Source of the DNA: Minisyncoccota bacterium
GTDB lineage: Bacteria; Patescibacteriota; Minisyncoccia; Phycocordibacterales; PALSA-1337
NCBI GenBank assembly: GCA_041666915.1
Contig: JBAYFZ010000003.1
Coordinates: 22,394-86,393 of the forward strand
Reading direction: 5' to 3'
Length of the DNA stretch: 64,000 nt
Under the pieces are notes generated by a model. The model was not told the origin of the DNA. It did not search any database and saw only the letters and a program-made list of their open reading frames with translations. The position numbers were made by a program, and so were the translations under genes. Positions 46,351-56,200 of the stretch are shown one piece after another; within the stretch, counting starts at the first letter, position 1; every line of letters begins with the position of its first letter.

Positions 46351-47526
46351 ATGAAAGATAGCTTTATTATTGAAGGTAAAAAATACATCTCGTCTAGACG
46401 AGCTTCCGAAATCTCGGACTATGCTTCTGATTACATCGGACAACTTTGTCGAGCAGGAAAGTTGGATTGCAAAATGGTCGGACGTGCATGGTTCATTACC
46501 GAAGAGTCTCTCAGTCTACACAAAACAAATGTTCTCCAAGATGAAGTTGTCAGAAACAGGATTGAAAATCTCCGTGGAAAGAAAAATAGGAACTTGGTTG
46601 TAAGCTCAGAAGCAATTAAGACTTCCGCTTCTACACAGACTCAGACTTCAACCAATGTTGTAACAGTTACAAACTCCTCAATAGTTGTTAGTTCAAATCC
46701 TGTAATATCAAATCAACAAGCTCCTGTTGTTTCGGGGTCTACTCCTGCACAATCCAAAGTTTCTGGTTCATCATTTGTTTACACTTCTGATGAAAGGCCA
46801 TTGTTACCAGTATTGAAGAAGCCTGTTACACCAGTTGCGAATGTTTCTAAGAATAAAAAAATACTTTCATTCTTATCAAAGAATGAAAGTAAATCAGCTG
46901 TTACAAAAAATAGATCAGCTAGTGAGATCGCTGGAAAAGTTACAAAGTCTCTCAAGAAGTTAACTACAGTAGGAAAACCTATCATCTCATATCCAGAACT
47001 TACTCGTTCAATAATTTTGAGACGTGCACTTGCTTCAGCTCTAGTAATCATGTTCTTTATCGGTATGGGTACGATGACTTTCAATATTTTCAATAGTGAA
47101 GAAGTCTCGGTCGCAACCAATGCTTCTAGTTCTCCTAGTGTTGCATCGGGATCGGCCAGAGCAAATGTTTACGATGTGATAATGGTTGCTACTTCTTTTG
47201 TTAAAAATGGATTTGGCAATATTGCATCTTTGTTTACAAAAACATCAAAACTCACTCTCAACGATACATCTCCGCCAGATGGTTTTGGTGGTAGTCAAGG
47301 ACTATCACCAAATGGTTTAGCAGTCACATCATCAAGTGGTTCGGATAGTGTAGATGAAGCGGTTAAACAAAAGATTAAGGGTTCGTTTTCAGATGAAGTT
47401 GAAGTTAGTCCAGATGAGAGTGGTACAGCAGGTGTGATCACTCCAGTGTTTAGAGAGTCAAAAGGAAAAGATTTTATTTATGTAATGGTTCCGGTAGATG
47501 GTAAGGGGGCAAGCGTGACACCGTAA
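46351..47526 (+). CDS. N-terminal HTH domain + Ser/Thr linker + single TM + extracytoplasmic C-terminal domain
   Basis: YISSRRASEISDYASDYIGQLCRAGKLDCKMVGRAWFI; TM ALASALVIMFFIGMGTMTF. Confidence 0.75.
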   Translation: MKDSFIIEGKKYISSRRASEISDYASDYIGQLCRAGKLDCKMVGRAWFITEESLSLHKTNVLQDEVVRNRIENLRGKKNRNLVVSSEAIKTSASTQTQTSTNVVTVTNSSIVVSSNPVISNQQAPVVSGSTPAQSKVSGSSFVYTSDERPLLPVLKKPVTPVANVSKNKKILSFLSKNESKSAVTKNRSASEIAGKVTKSLKKLTTVGKPIISYPELTRSIILRRALASALVIMFFIGMGTMTFNIFNSEEVSVATNASSSPSVASGSARANVYDVIMVATSFVKNGFGNIASLFTKTSKLTLNDTSPPDGFGGSQGLSPNGLAVTSSSGSDSVDEAVKQKIKGSFSDEVEVSPDESGTAGVITPVFRESKGKDFIYVMVPVDGKGASVTP

Positions 47527-47579
47527 AGTTTATCAAAAGACATAATGAGCCCTCTATTATAAAGATTTAAGGTAAAAAT

Positions 47580-48257
47580 ATGAAAAAAAATATTATCAGT
47601 GCAATATTGGAAATAGGAATAGGATTCTTTGCAATCTTCTGGATATTCCTATTTTTAGAACCAGCGATATTACAGGGTGCCCAGAACACCTTCACTATCG
47701 CGCAAACAGTCTCCAAAGAGATTTCCTTCACGACACCAGGGTCCAATGTAACCCTTTCTCCTTCTTTGGGAGGTTTGACTGGGGGTACAGCAACAGGCGA
47801 AACGCAGATAGTGGTGACTACTAACAGTAGTCTTGGGTACATGATGACTATCATGGCTAGTTCATCGGTAGGTATGATCGGTAATGCTAGTTCATCCAAT
47901 TCTATTCCAGCTTATGTAACAGCTACAGCAGGTGTTCCAGATTTTAGTTTTACTGTTCCAGCCAATAAGGCATATTTTGGTTATTCAGTTGAAGCGTCTA
48001 CGACTGCTGACCTAGCAACTTCTTTCAAAGACGCTGCTAGTGCTTGTGATTCTGCTGGTGGAAGTGATACTGCTGACAAATGTTGGATAGCAGCAACTTC
48101 AACAGCGTATACGGTAGTCAATAGAACTTGGCAGACGCCAGCTTCTGGAGCAACAACTACTTTGAAATTTAGAGTTACTATCAATGCCAATCCAAGTCCA
48201 GTTATCCCAGATGATACTTATGTTGCTACAACGACACTTACAGCGACTGCAAATTAA
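47580..48257 (+). CDS. Secreted beta-rich protein, WxL/pilin-subunit-like (paralog 1)
   Basis: Signal/TM N-terminus, VTTNSSLGY, Cys pair, terminal Y.ATTTLTA strand. Confidence 0.6.
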   Translation: MKKNIISAILEIGIGFFAIFWIFLFLEPAILQGAQNTFTIAQTVSKEISFTTPGSNVTLSPSLGGLTGGTATGETQIVVTTNSSLGYMMTIMASSSVGMIGNASSSNSIPAYVTATAGVPDFSFTVPANKAYFGYSVEASTTADLATSFKDAASACDSAGGSDTADKCWIAATSTAYTVVNRTWQTPASGATTTLKFRVTINANPSPVIPDDTYVATTTLTATAN

Positions 48258-48261
48258 AAAT

Positions 48262-49311
48262 ATGAAAAAAATCACGATTATAAACAAATTGAATACTGTC
48301 AATCTGAATAAGGTGCTAGCGATCCTTGCAATATTTGTAGTCGTAGTCGGTGTCTCCAATATGGTGTTGGCAAAAGTAGAAACATCCACCACGACAAGTC
48401 CTGTTACAGAAAAAGCAGTAGTCTCTTTTGAAACTTTGCCAGAAAATACAGTATTCAATGATTTTGTTGTTGGTCCAGGAAAAGTCCAGATAGATATTGC
48501 TCCTGGAGAATCAAAAACTTTTGAACTTACTATTGCGAACAGATTAGGTACAGAGAAAACTTTTTCAATCGTAGAAGAAGATTTCGTCGGCTCAAATGAT
48601 CCAGACAAAACTGTTGTCTTGTTGGGTAATGACCGTGGCCCATATTCGCTCAAGGATTATTTGAAGATAGGTACAAGTTCAATAGACATTCCTCATGCTG
48701 TAAAGTCTCGCGTCTTGATAACTGTATCTGTTCCTAAGAATGCTCAGCCAGGTGGTCTATATGGAAGTGTTGTCATCGGTACCGTGAGTAAGGCTGGTGA
48801 CAATTCTAGTTCAACCGGAGTCAATACAACTAATCCAATAATCACTCGTATAGGTACTTTGGTTTTTGTGAGAGTTGCTGGTGCAGTCAAAGAAAGTGGT
48901 GAGCTTACAGGTTTTATATTAGCTGGCAATCACAAGTTTATTTCTGGAGGAGAGCCTGTAGTCTTTGATCTTTTGTACAAGAATTCAGGAAATATTCACC
49001 TCAATCCAAGTGGAACAATAACTATAAACAATCTGCTTGGTTCAAATGTTGGAAATATAAAAGTTGAACCATGGTTTGCTATGCCAAATTCACTTCGCTT
49101 TCGTGAGGTTGAATGGAAAGCACCTTTTCTCTTTGGAAGATACACAGCTCATGCGGTCATAGAGAGAGGTTACGGTGACCTCAAAGATGAGATGAGTGTC
49201 ACATTCTGGATCGTGCCGTGGAAGATGATGTTGATGGTGATAGCGGGTCTGGTGGTTTTTATAGGATTAGTGAGATGGATATTCAAGAAGTTCAAGATAA
49301 CGAGAAAGTAG
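48262..49311 (+). CDS. DUF916/DUF3324-like (WxL-interacting type) surface protein with C-terminal TM anchor
   Basis: PGESK..LTI.N, VSVPKNAQPGGLYG, RIG.LVFVRV.G, KNSGNIHL.P.G, GRYTA, FWIVPW + TM + basic tail; ATG at 48262. Confidence 0.7.
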   Translation: MKKITIINKLNTVNLNKVLAILAIFVVVVGVSNMVLAKVETSTTTSPVTEKAVVSFETLPENTVFNDFVVGPGKVQIDIAPGESKTFELTIANRLGTEKTFSIVEEDFVGSNDPDKTVVLLGNDRGPYSLKDYLKIGTSSIDIPHAVKSRVLITVSVPKNAQPGGLYGSVVIGTVSKAGDNSSSTGVNTTNPIITRIGTLVFVRVAGAVKESGELTGFILAGNHKFISGGEPVVFDLLYKNSGNIHLNPSGTITINNLLGSNVGNIKVEPWFAMPNSLRFREVEWKAPFLFGRYTAHAVIERGYGDLKDEMSVTFWIVPWKMMLMVIAGLVVFIGLVRWIFKKFKITRK

Positions 49312-49317
49312 AAGGAA

Positions 49318-49353
49318 GAGGTAAGAGTTAAGAGGTAGGAGGTAAGAGTTAAG
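49318..49353 (+). repeat. Purine-rich heptamer repeats (NTAAGAG)
   Basis: gag-gtaagag-ttaagag-gtaggag-gtaagag-ttaag; related GGATTAG-type heptamers at 50180-50215. Confidence 0.7.
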
Positions 49354-49362
49354 AAAGAAGCA

Positions 49363-50178
49363 ATGAACAAAAATTTCATTAAAAACTTAAGGAAAAATTC
49401 TTGTGATGTCGGATATCACAGCAAGTTTACCGTCTTAATCGTTACTGCCTTTTTTGTAGTTTCAATCTTTGGTCTATTGAATGTTGTCAACGCAGAGGTT
49501 ATGTCTAGCACAAATTACAAACTTGAAAATGACAGTATCAATTTTGGTGGAGGACGTGCCACTTCTACTTCTTATGTCATTGAAGATACTGCCGGAGAAA
49601 TTGCAACAGGTATGTCGTCTAGTACCAATTACATTATGAAAGCTGGTTATCAACAGACTCAAGATATCTACACAGTTTCAGTCACGCAATCTTCAAATGT
49701 AACAATGTCTCCTTCATTCGGAGGTGTTACCGGAGGTACAGCCAATGGACAGACATCCTTTACTGTAACTACCGACAATCCTGCTGGTTATTCAGCGACG
49801 ATCGCAGCAACTATGTCTCCAGCACTTAGGACATCGGCAGATAGTTTTACGGATTATGTTCCAGCTGGTGCGGTCCCTGATTTTACTTTTACGAACGCTT
49901 CAACAAATTCTTCTTTTGCCTTTACTCCAGAGAGTACTGATTTGGATGTTGATTATGAAGATTCTGGTGGAGTTTGTGGGGTTGCAGGAAGTGATACTGC
50001 AGATGCTTGTTGGAATGGTTTATCAACGACAGGAAAGACGATACTAAATAGAACTTCATCAAACAATCCATCTGGTACAGCGTCAACGATAAAGTTTAGA
50101 GCGGAATCAGGGAGTAATCATATACAAGTAGACGGAGTTTATATGGCAACGACAACGATTACGGTAGTGGCATTGTGA
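49363..50178 (+). CDS. Secreted beta-rich protein, WxL/pilin-subunit-like (paralog 2)
   Basis: Signal peptide, SSTNY repeats; C-domain aligns with the 47580 gene (NVT.SPS.GG.TGGTA.G.T, VPDF.F, C...GSDTAD.CW, T.KFR, Y.ATTT.T). Confidence 0.65.
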   Translation: MNKNFIKNLRKNSCDVGYHSKFTVLIVTAFFVVSIFGLLNVVNAEVMSSTNYKLENDSINFGGGRATSTSYVIEDTAGEIATGMSSSTNYIMKAGYQQTQDIYTVSVTQSSNVTMSPSFGGVTGGTANGQTSFTVTTDNPAGYSATIAATMSPALRTSADSFTDYVPAGAVPDFTFTNASTNSSFAFTPESTDLDVDYEDSGGVCGVAGSDTADACWNGLSTTGKTILNRTSSNNPSGTASTIKFRAESGSNHIQVDGVYMATTTITVVAL

Positions 50179-50234
50179 GGGTAAGGGATTAGAGGATAGA
50201 GAATTAGGGATTAGAAAAAGGGGGCAAAGAAGCA

Positions 50235-53200
50235 ATGAATAAAAATTTTATTAAAAACTTAGGAAAAAATATCATCAAGGTTGCACCTCGATGTTTTGTT
50301 ATCTTTACTTTAATTATTTCTTTCATTGTTTCTCCTTTGTCAGTTTTTGCCGTTCAGTCTACATTTACAACTTCTCTAACTACTACTGGAGTTGCTACAA
50401 CACCACCGGCAATACCTTCCAATCTTTTGGCTACCGCAGTCTCTGATACACAGATTGATCTTTCTTGGACAGCTTCGGTTCCGACATTCTACACAGTTAC
50501 TGGTTATAGGATTTTCCGTGATTCTGTATTTTTGGCCACAACTAGTTCAGTGGTTTATTCCGATACAGGTTTGACTCCAGAGACAGCTTATTCATATACA
50601 GTAGAAGCTTTTGATTCAATTATTCAATTGTCTGGACAGTCTGCCACTTCTACAGCTACAACTACAGCAACACCAGTTGTTCCTCCTGTAACTCCTCCAG
50701 TAACACCACCTTCTTCTGGTGGAGGAAGTTCGGGATCTTCAGTGATCAATATCACTGATATTAAGGTCGTCGCTGGAACAAATAATGCAAATATTTCATT
50801 TAAGACCAATGTATCAGCTCAGACGAAAGTCCAGTGGGGATTCTCAAATGATTTTGAAATCGGTTCCCTTCAAAATATTTTTTATGGAAAAGAACATTCT
50901 CAAATGATAAATGGTCTTGTTGAAGGTTTAACATATTTTGTCAGGATTACAGCTACCAATAGTCAAGGTATATCTACATATAGAGATATTTCTTTCAAGA
51001 CTGATCTTGCTGTAGTAGAACTTGGTCCTTTGCCAAACCCATCAAATTTCTTGGCACAAGCTACAGACAAAAATATCAATCTTACTTGGGACAATCCTAT
51101 AGATGAGAGATTCAATAATGTCAGAATAGTTCGTACAGAAGGATTTTTCCCAATAGATCAATTTGACGGTACTCCTATATATGAGGGTGATGGTCAATCT
51201 TTTGTAGATAAGAGTGCAAAAATCGGTACTACGTATTACTATGCTATTTTTGCAAAGGGTATAGATGGAGAATATTCTTCAGGTGCTTTGGCTCAAGCTC
51301 GCATCGCTCCAGCTGGAGAGATAGTAGTCTCGCCAACTTCAACAGATCCATTTATAAATATTCCAGAGTCAACAAATGTGGATCCGATGATCAAAAAGAT
51401 TACTTTGTCTGATTTTGAATTTATTCAAGAAGGGAAAAATCTTTCAGTTATCGGTAGTACGGTTGCTATAAAAGGTGGCGAAAATCTAACTATTCGTCTT
51501 GCATACAACAAAGTTCCTGAAATTTTGAAGACAGTTGCTTTCACCTTGCAAGATCCATCAGATAAAACAAAAGTCTTCCCATTTTTGTTACGTATCAATG
51601 CTGACAAGACTTACTATGAAGCGACTATTGGTGCTTTGGGTAAATCTGGTCGTTATGGAATGTCAGTAGTTATTTTGGATTATGAAAATAAAGGTTTGAA
51701 ACGTTTGAATGGAACTCTTGCTGCGCTTGCTTTCAATGCAATGCCTTTTGATTTCGGTAATAATTTTGATTTCTTGGGCATATTGTTGTTGCTCTTGGTA
51801 ATCATCCTTGTTATTTTGGCTATCGCATTGCTTCGTAAGTGGATCAATTATTCTCCAGAACATCAGACTGTAGACAAACCAAAAACTTCTGGAGTTACTA
51901 TTTCCAGAGATGTTTTCAATGCTATTTCAAAGATTTCAATATTTGTCTTGGTTGTTACGGCTTCATTCGGAATTCAACAAGCATTTGCTACTACTTTCAA
52001 TCCAGAGATAAATTATCAAGGTAAATTGACCGATAGTGTTGGTTCAAATGTTGCCAATGGTTCATATAGTATTCGTTTCAAACTTTATACGACCTTGTCT
52101 GGAGGTTCACCTATTTGGACTGAGACATGGTGTAACACTTCAACTTGTGATGGTTTGGGTACAGGTGCGGATAGTAGAATAACTTTGACTAGTGGATTAT
52201 TTAGCACCATGCTTGGAAGTACGACTGCTTTAGATGGCATTGATTTCAATCAGCCTCTATATCTCGGTGTTGAGATCGGAGGTTCTGGAGCAACGGCTTC
52301 ATGGGATGGGGAAATGTCACCTCGTAAGATTCTCGGAGCTGTCCCTTCCGCATTTTATTCCGCAACTTCTACGGTGGCTCTTTCTGCAAATTCTGCTGAC
52401 ACCTTATCTGGATTGAATTCTTCACAATTCCTTCGCTCTGATATACAAAATGCTACTTCATCATCTTCAACTTTCTTCAGTGTCTTACAATCTGGTGCTG
52501 GTAAGATTGCAGAATTTTTTGGGAGCGCAGCACAAAGTGTCTTTTCAATTTTATCAAATGGTAATGTCGGAGTCGGAACAACTACTCCATCATCTAGGTT
52601 TAATGTTTATGGTGACGTATCTTTCCAAACTCCATCAAATTCAGCCACAGCTTTTCAGATACTAAACTCGGCCACCAGTTCGGTTTTCTCTGTAGCTACT
52701 ACAGGCTTTGGTACTACTACTTTAGCTGGTCTAACTATTTCTGGTTCAGCTACTTCTACCTCTAACGTAGGTTGGAATATCTCCACGGGATGTTTTGCAG
52801 TCAACGGTGTCTGTTTGAGTGGTGCAGATGGTACGGCCAGTTCCACTCTATTATCTGATACCAACACATGGACAGGTTTGAATGTCTTTGGTTATGCAAG
52901 TACCACTCAGATCAGTTCAACAGGAAATGCTTATCTTGCTACGACTGGTGGGAATGTTGGTATCGGCACCACTTCGCCATTCGCAAAATTTGCAATCAAT
53001 CCAATTGCTGGTGATGGGGCGTCATTCGTCATTGGTTCTTCTACTAGAACAGATTTTATAGTTACAAATGAAGGAATGATTGGGGTTGGAAGCACGAGCC
53101 CTTCTGCAATTTTCAGTATCTTAGGACGAAACGGCAAGACACAAGGTACGGCGGAAACTAGGATTGCACCAACAGCTCTCTATGTTCAAGGAGGAACCGG

Positions 53201-56200
53201 TGGTGGAGGATCTTCGATCCCTGGGGGTAAAGGAGCGGATATTATCCTTATCGCTGGTAATGGAGCAAGTTCTGCTTTAGGAGATGGTAACGGAGGTAGT
53301 TTAACATTTACGGCCGGTAATGGTGGTGCTACTGATGGGAGTGGTGTTGGTGGAAATGTAACAATAAATCCAGGTCTAACTGGAGGTGGAGGTAATGGTA
53401 AAATTGTCTTAGCTGATTTGCGAGGTAATGTTGGAGTTGGTACCACTTCACCATTCAGTAAACTTTCAGTTTCTACTCCTGCTCAACAAAGCGGATCATT
53501 ACCACTCTTTACAGTTGCTTCTACAACGAGTGCCTCGCTACTTACGGTTCTTGGGAATGGCAATGTGGGGATTGGTACGGCGGTGCCTACAAGTGTTTTA
53601 GATGTTAATGGAAATATAAATGCTACAACCATGATAGCCGGTACTCATCTACTTGTTCAGAATACAGGAATATATTATGACTCGGTTTCCAATGGAGCGT
53701 ATTCTTTTGCAAATTCTGGTGTTGATCTTGCTCTCAAAACAGCCTCTGTCGGCACAGTTATGACGATTAAAGATGCCGGCCTCGTAGGCATCGGCACCTC
53801 TACCCCATATTCCAAACTCTCCGTCTGGGGTTCTTCAACAGGAACAAACAGAATGTTTGAATTAACCAACAGTGCTTCAACAACACTAATGAGTATGTTG
53901 GAAAATGGTACAGGTTATTTCTTGGGTAATATCGGAATTGGCACCACCACTCCAGGTACTATTCTTTCTCTTGGAAATACCGGTGATAGCACCATCAATC
54001 TTTCAGTTACAGCCACTTCAACCTTTGGTACAGGAATAAATCTACGAACAGGTTGCTTCGCTGTAAACGGAACTTGTGTCGGTGGTGCAGATGGTACTTC
54101 AAGTTCTACTCTATTATCAGACACTAACACTTGGACAGGTTTGAATGTCTTTGGGTACGCAAGTACCACGCAGATATCTTCAACAGGTTCCGCCTATTTC
54201 GCAACAACTGGTGGGAATGTTGGAGTTGGTACAACTTCACCTTTCAGTAAACTTTCAGTTTCTACTTCTGCACAACAGAGTGGAACATTACCACTCTTTA
54301 CAGTTGCTTCTACAACGAGTGCTTCATTATTTACAGTTTTGGGAAATGGGAATGTGGGGATTGGGACTTCTACTGTTTCAGAAAAACTTTTTGTGGAAGG
54401 CAACATTGCTCCTTCAATGACTAACCTATATACCGCTGGTAGCTACACTCTAAATTCCGCTGTTGCTTCCGTAGCTAATATTACAGCTTCAGGAATCGCT
54501 AATTCAGATCTACTTGGTGTTAGTTCCGCTTCTGCTGGAGATGTGAATGGTGATGGTATTAACGATGTTATTATCGGTGCAACTGCTGCTGATGGTGCAG
54601 GTACCGATCGTGGTCAAGCTTACATCTTCTTTGGTTCAACCACTCCTAGGACAACATTTGCTCCTGCTTCTGCCGACGTTATCCTTTCTGGTTCAGAAGA
54701 TTCTGGTAGTTTTGGTACTAGTGTCGCCTCTGCTGGAGATGTAAACGGTGATGGATATGGCGATGTGATAGTCGGAGCTACTAATGTTGCTGGCGGAGGT
54801 TCATATCGTGGTCAAACATATATCTTTTATGGAGGCCCAAATTTCACAGGTGCAATAATTGCTTCTTCTGCAAATGTAATTATTTCCGGAGCGGCTGATT
54901 ATGATAGTAATGGTCAAGTTGTAGCTTCTGCAGGAGATGTAAACGGTGATGGATATGGCGATGTGATCATGACTGCATTGTCTGCTGATGATGGAGGTTT
55001 TGATCGTGGTCAAGCCTATATCTTTTATGGTAAGCCAAACCTTGCAAGTACATATACTACAGCAAATGCTGATGTTATTATTTCAGGAAATACCGATGGT
55101 GTTCAGATGGGTAATAGCGTAGCTTCTGTTGGAGATGTGAACGGTGATGGATATGGCGATGTGATCATTGGTGCACAATCTGCAGATGTTGGAGGTAATA
55201 ATCGCGGTCAAGCCTATATCTTTTATGGTAAGCCAAACCTTGCAAGTGCTTATTCAGCTTCTTCTGCGAATGTTATTGTCACTGGAATGGTAGATATGGG
55301 CTTTATGGGTATCAGTTCTGCTTCTGCTGGAGATGTGAACGGTGATGGATATTCTGACTTTATCATTGGGGCAAGTAGTGCAGCTGGTGGAGGTACTTCT
55401 CGCGGTCAAGCCTATGTCTTCTACGGTAAATCAAATTTAGCAAGTACATATTCTGCATCTTCCGCTAATGTAACTATTTCCGGAATCGCCAATAGTGATG
55501 CTCTTGGTTACAGTGTTGCCTCCGCTGGAGATGTGAATGGTGACGGATATGGAGATATTATAGTTGGAGCAGTTGGTGCCGCTGGTGGAGGTACATCTCG
55601 CGGTCAAGCATATATTTTCTACGGTAAGTCTGATCTTTCAAGTACTTATACAGCTTCATCTGCAGACGTTGCTTTTTCAGGAATTGCCACTAGTGATGCT
55701 TTTGGTTCCAGTGTTACTTCTGCTGGAGATATAAATAATGATGGGTACTCTGATGTTATGGTTGGAGCATATGGTGCCGCTGGCGGAGGTACATCTCGCG
55801 GTCAAACATATATCTTTACCCCAACCGGCAATCGTTTCAAATCTATTTATGCACAAAGTGGTAGCTTTACAAAGGGAATACAACTAGGTGGTGGAATGTC
55901 AACGTTGAATGCTTACGGTCTTTCAAGCCTAAGTCAATTTTCATTAAACACGGCAGATTGGTCAATCAGTAAATCAGGAACTTCTTCCATGCAGAGTTTG
56001 ATAGTTTCTGGAAATGTTGGTATCGGTACAACTTCGCCATTCTCAACTCTTTCTGTTTCTACTCCTGTACAGCAGAGTGGATTGTTATCGCTCTTCACGG
56101 TTGCTTCTACTACGGGCGCTTCTCTATTTTCTGTCTTAGGCAATGGAAATATCGGCATCGGCACGACCACTCCGGGCACACTTTTATCTCTTGGAAACAC

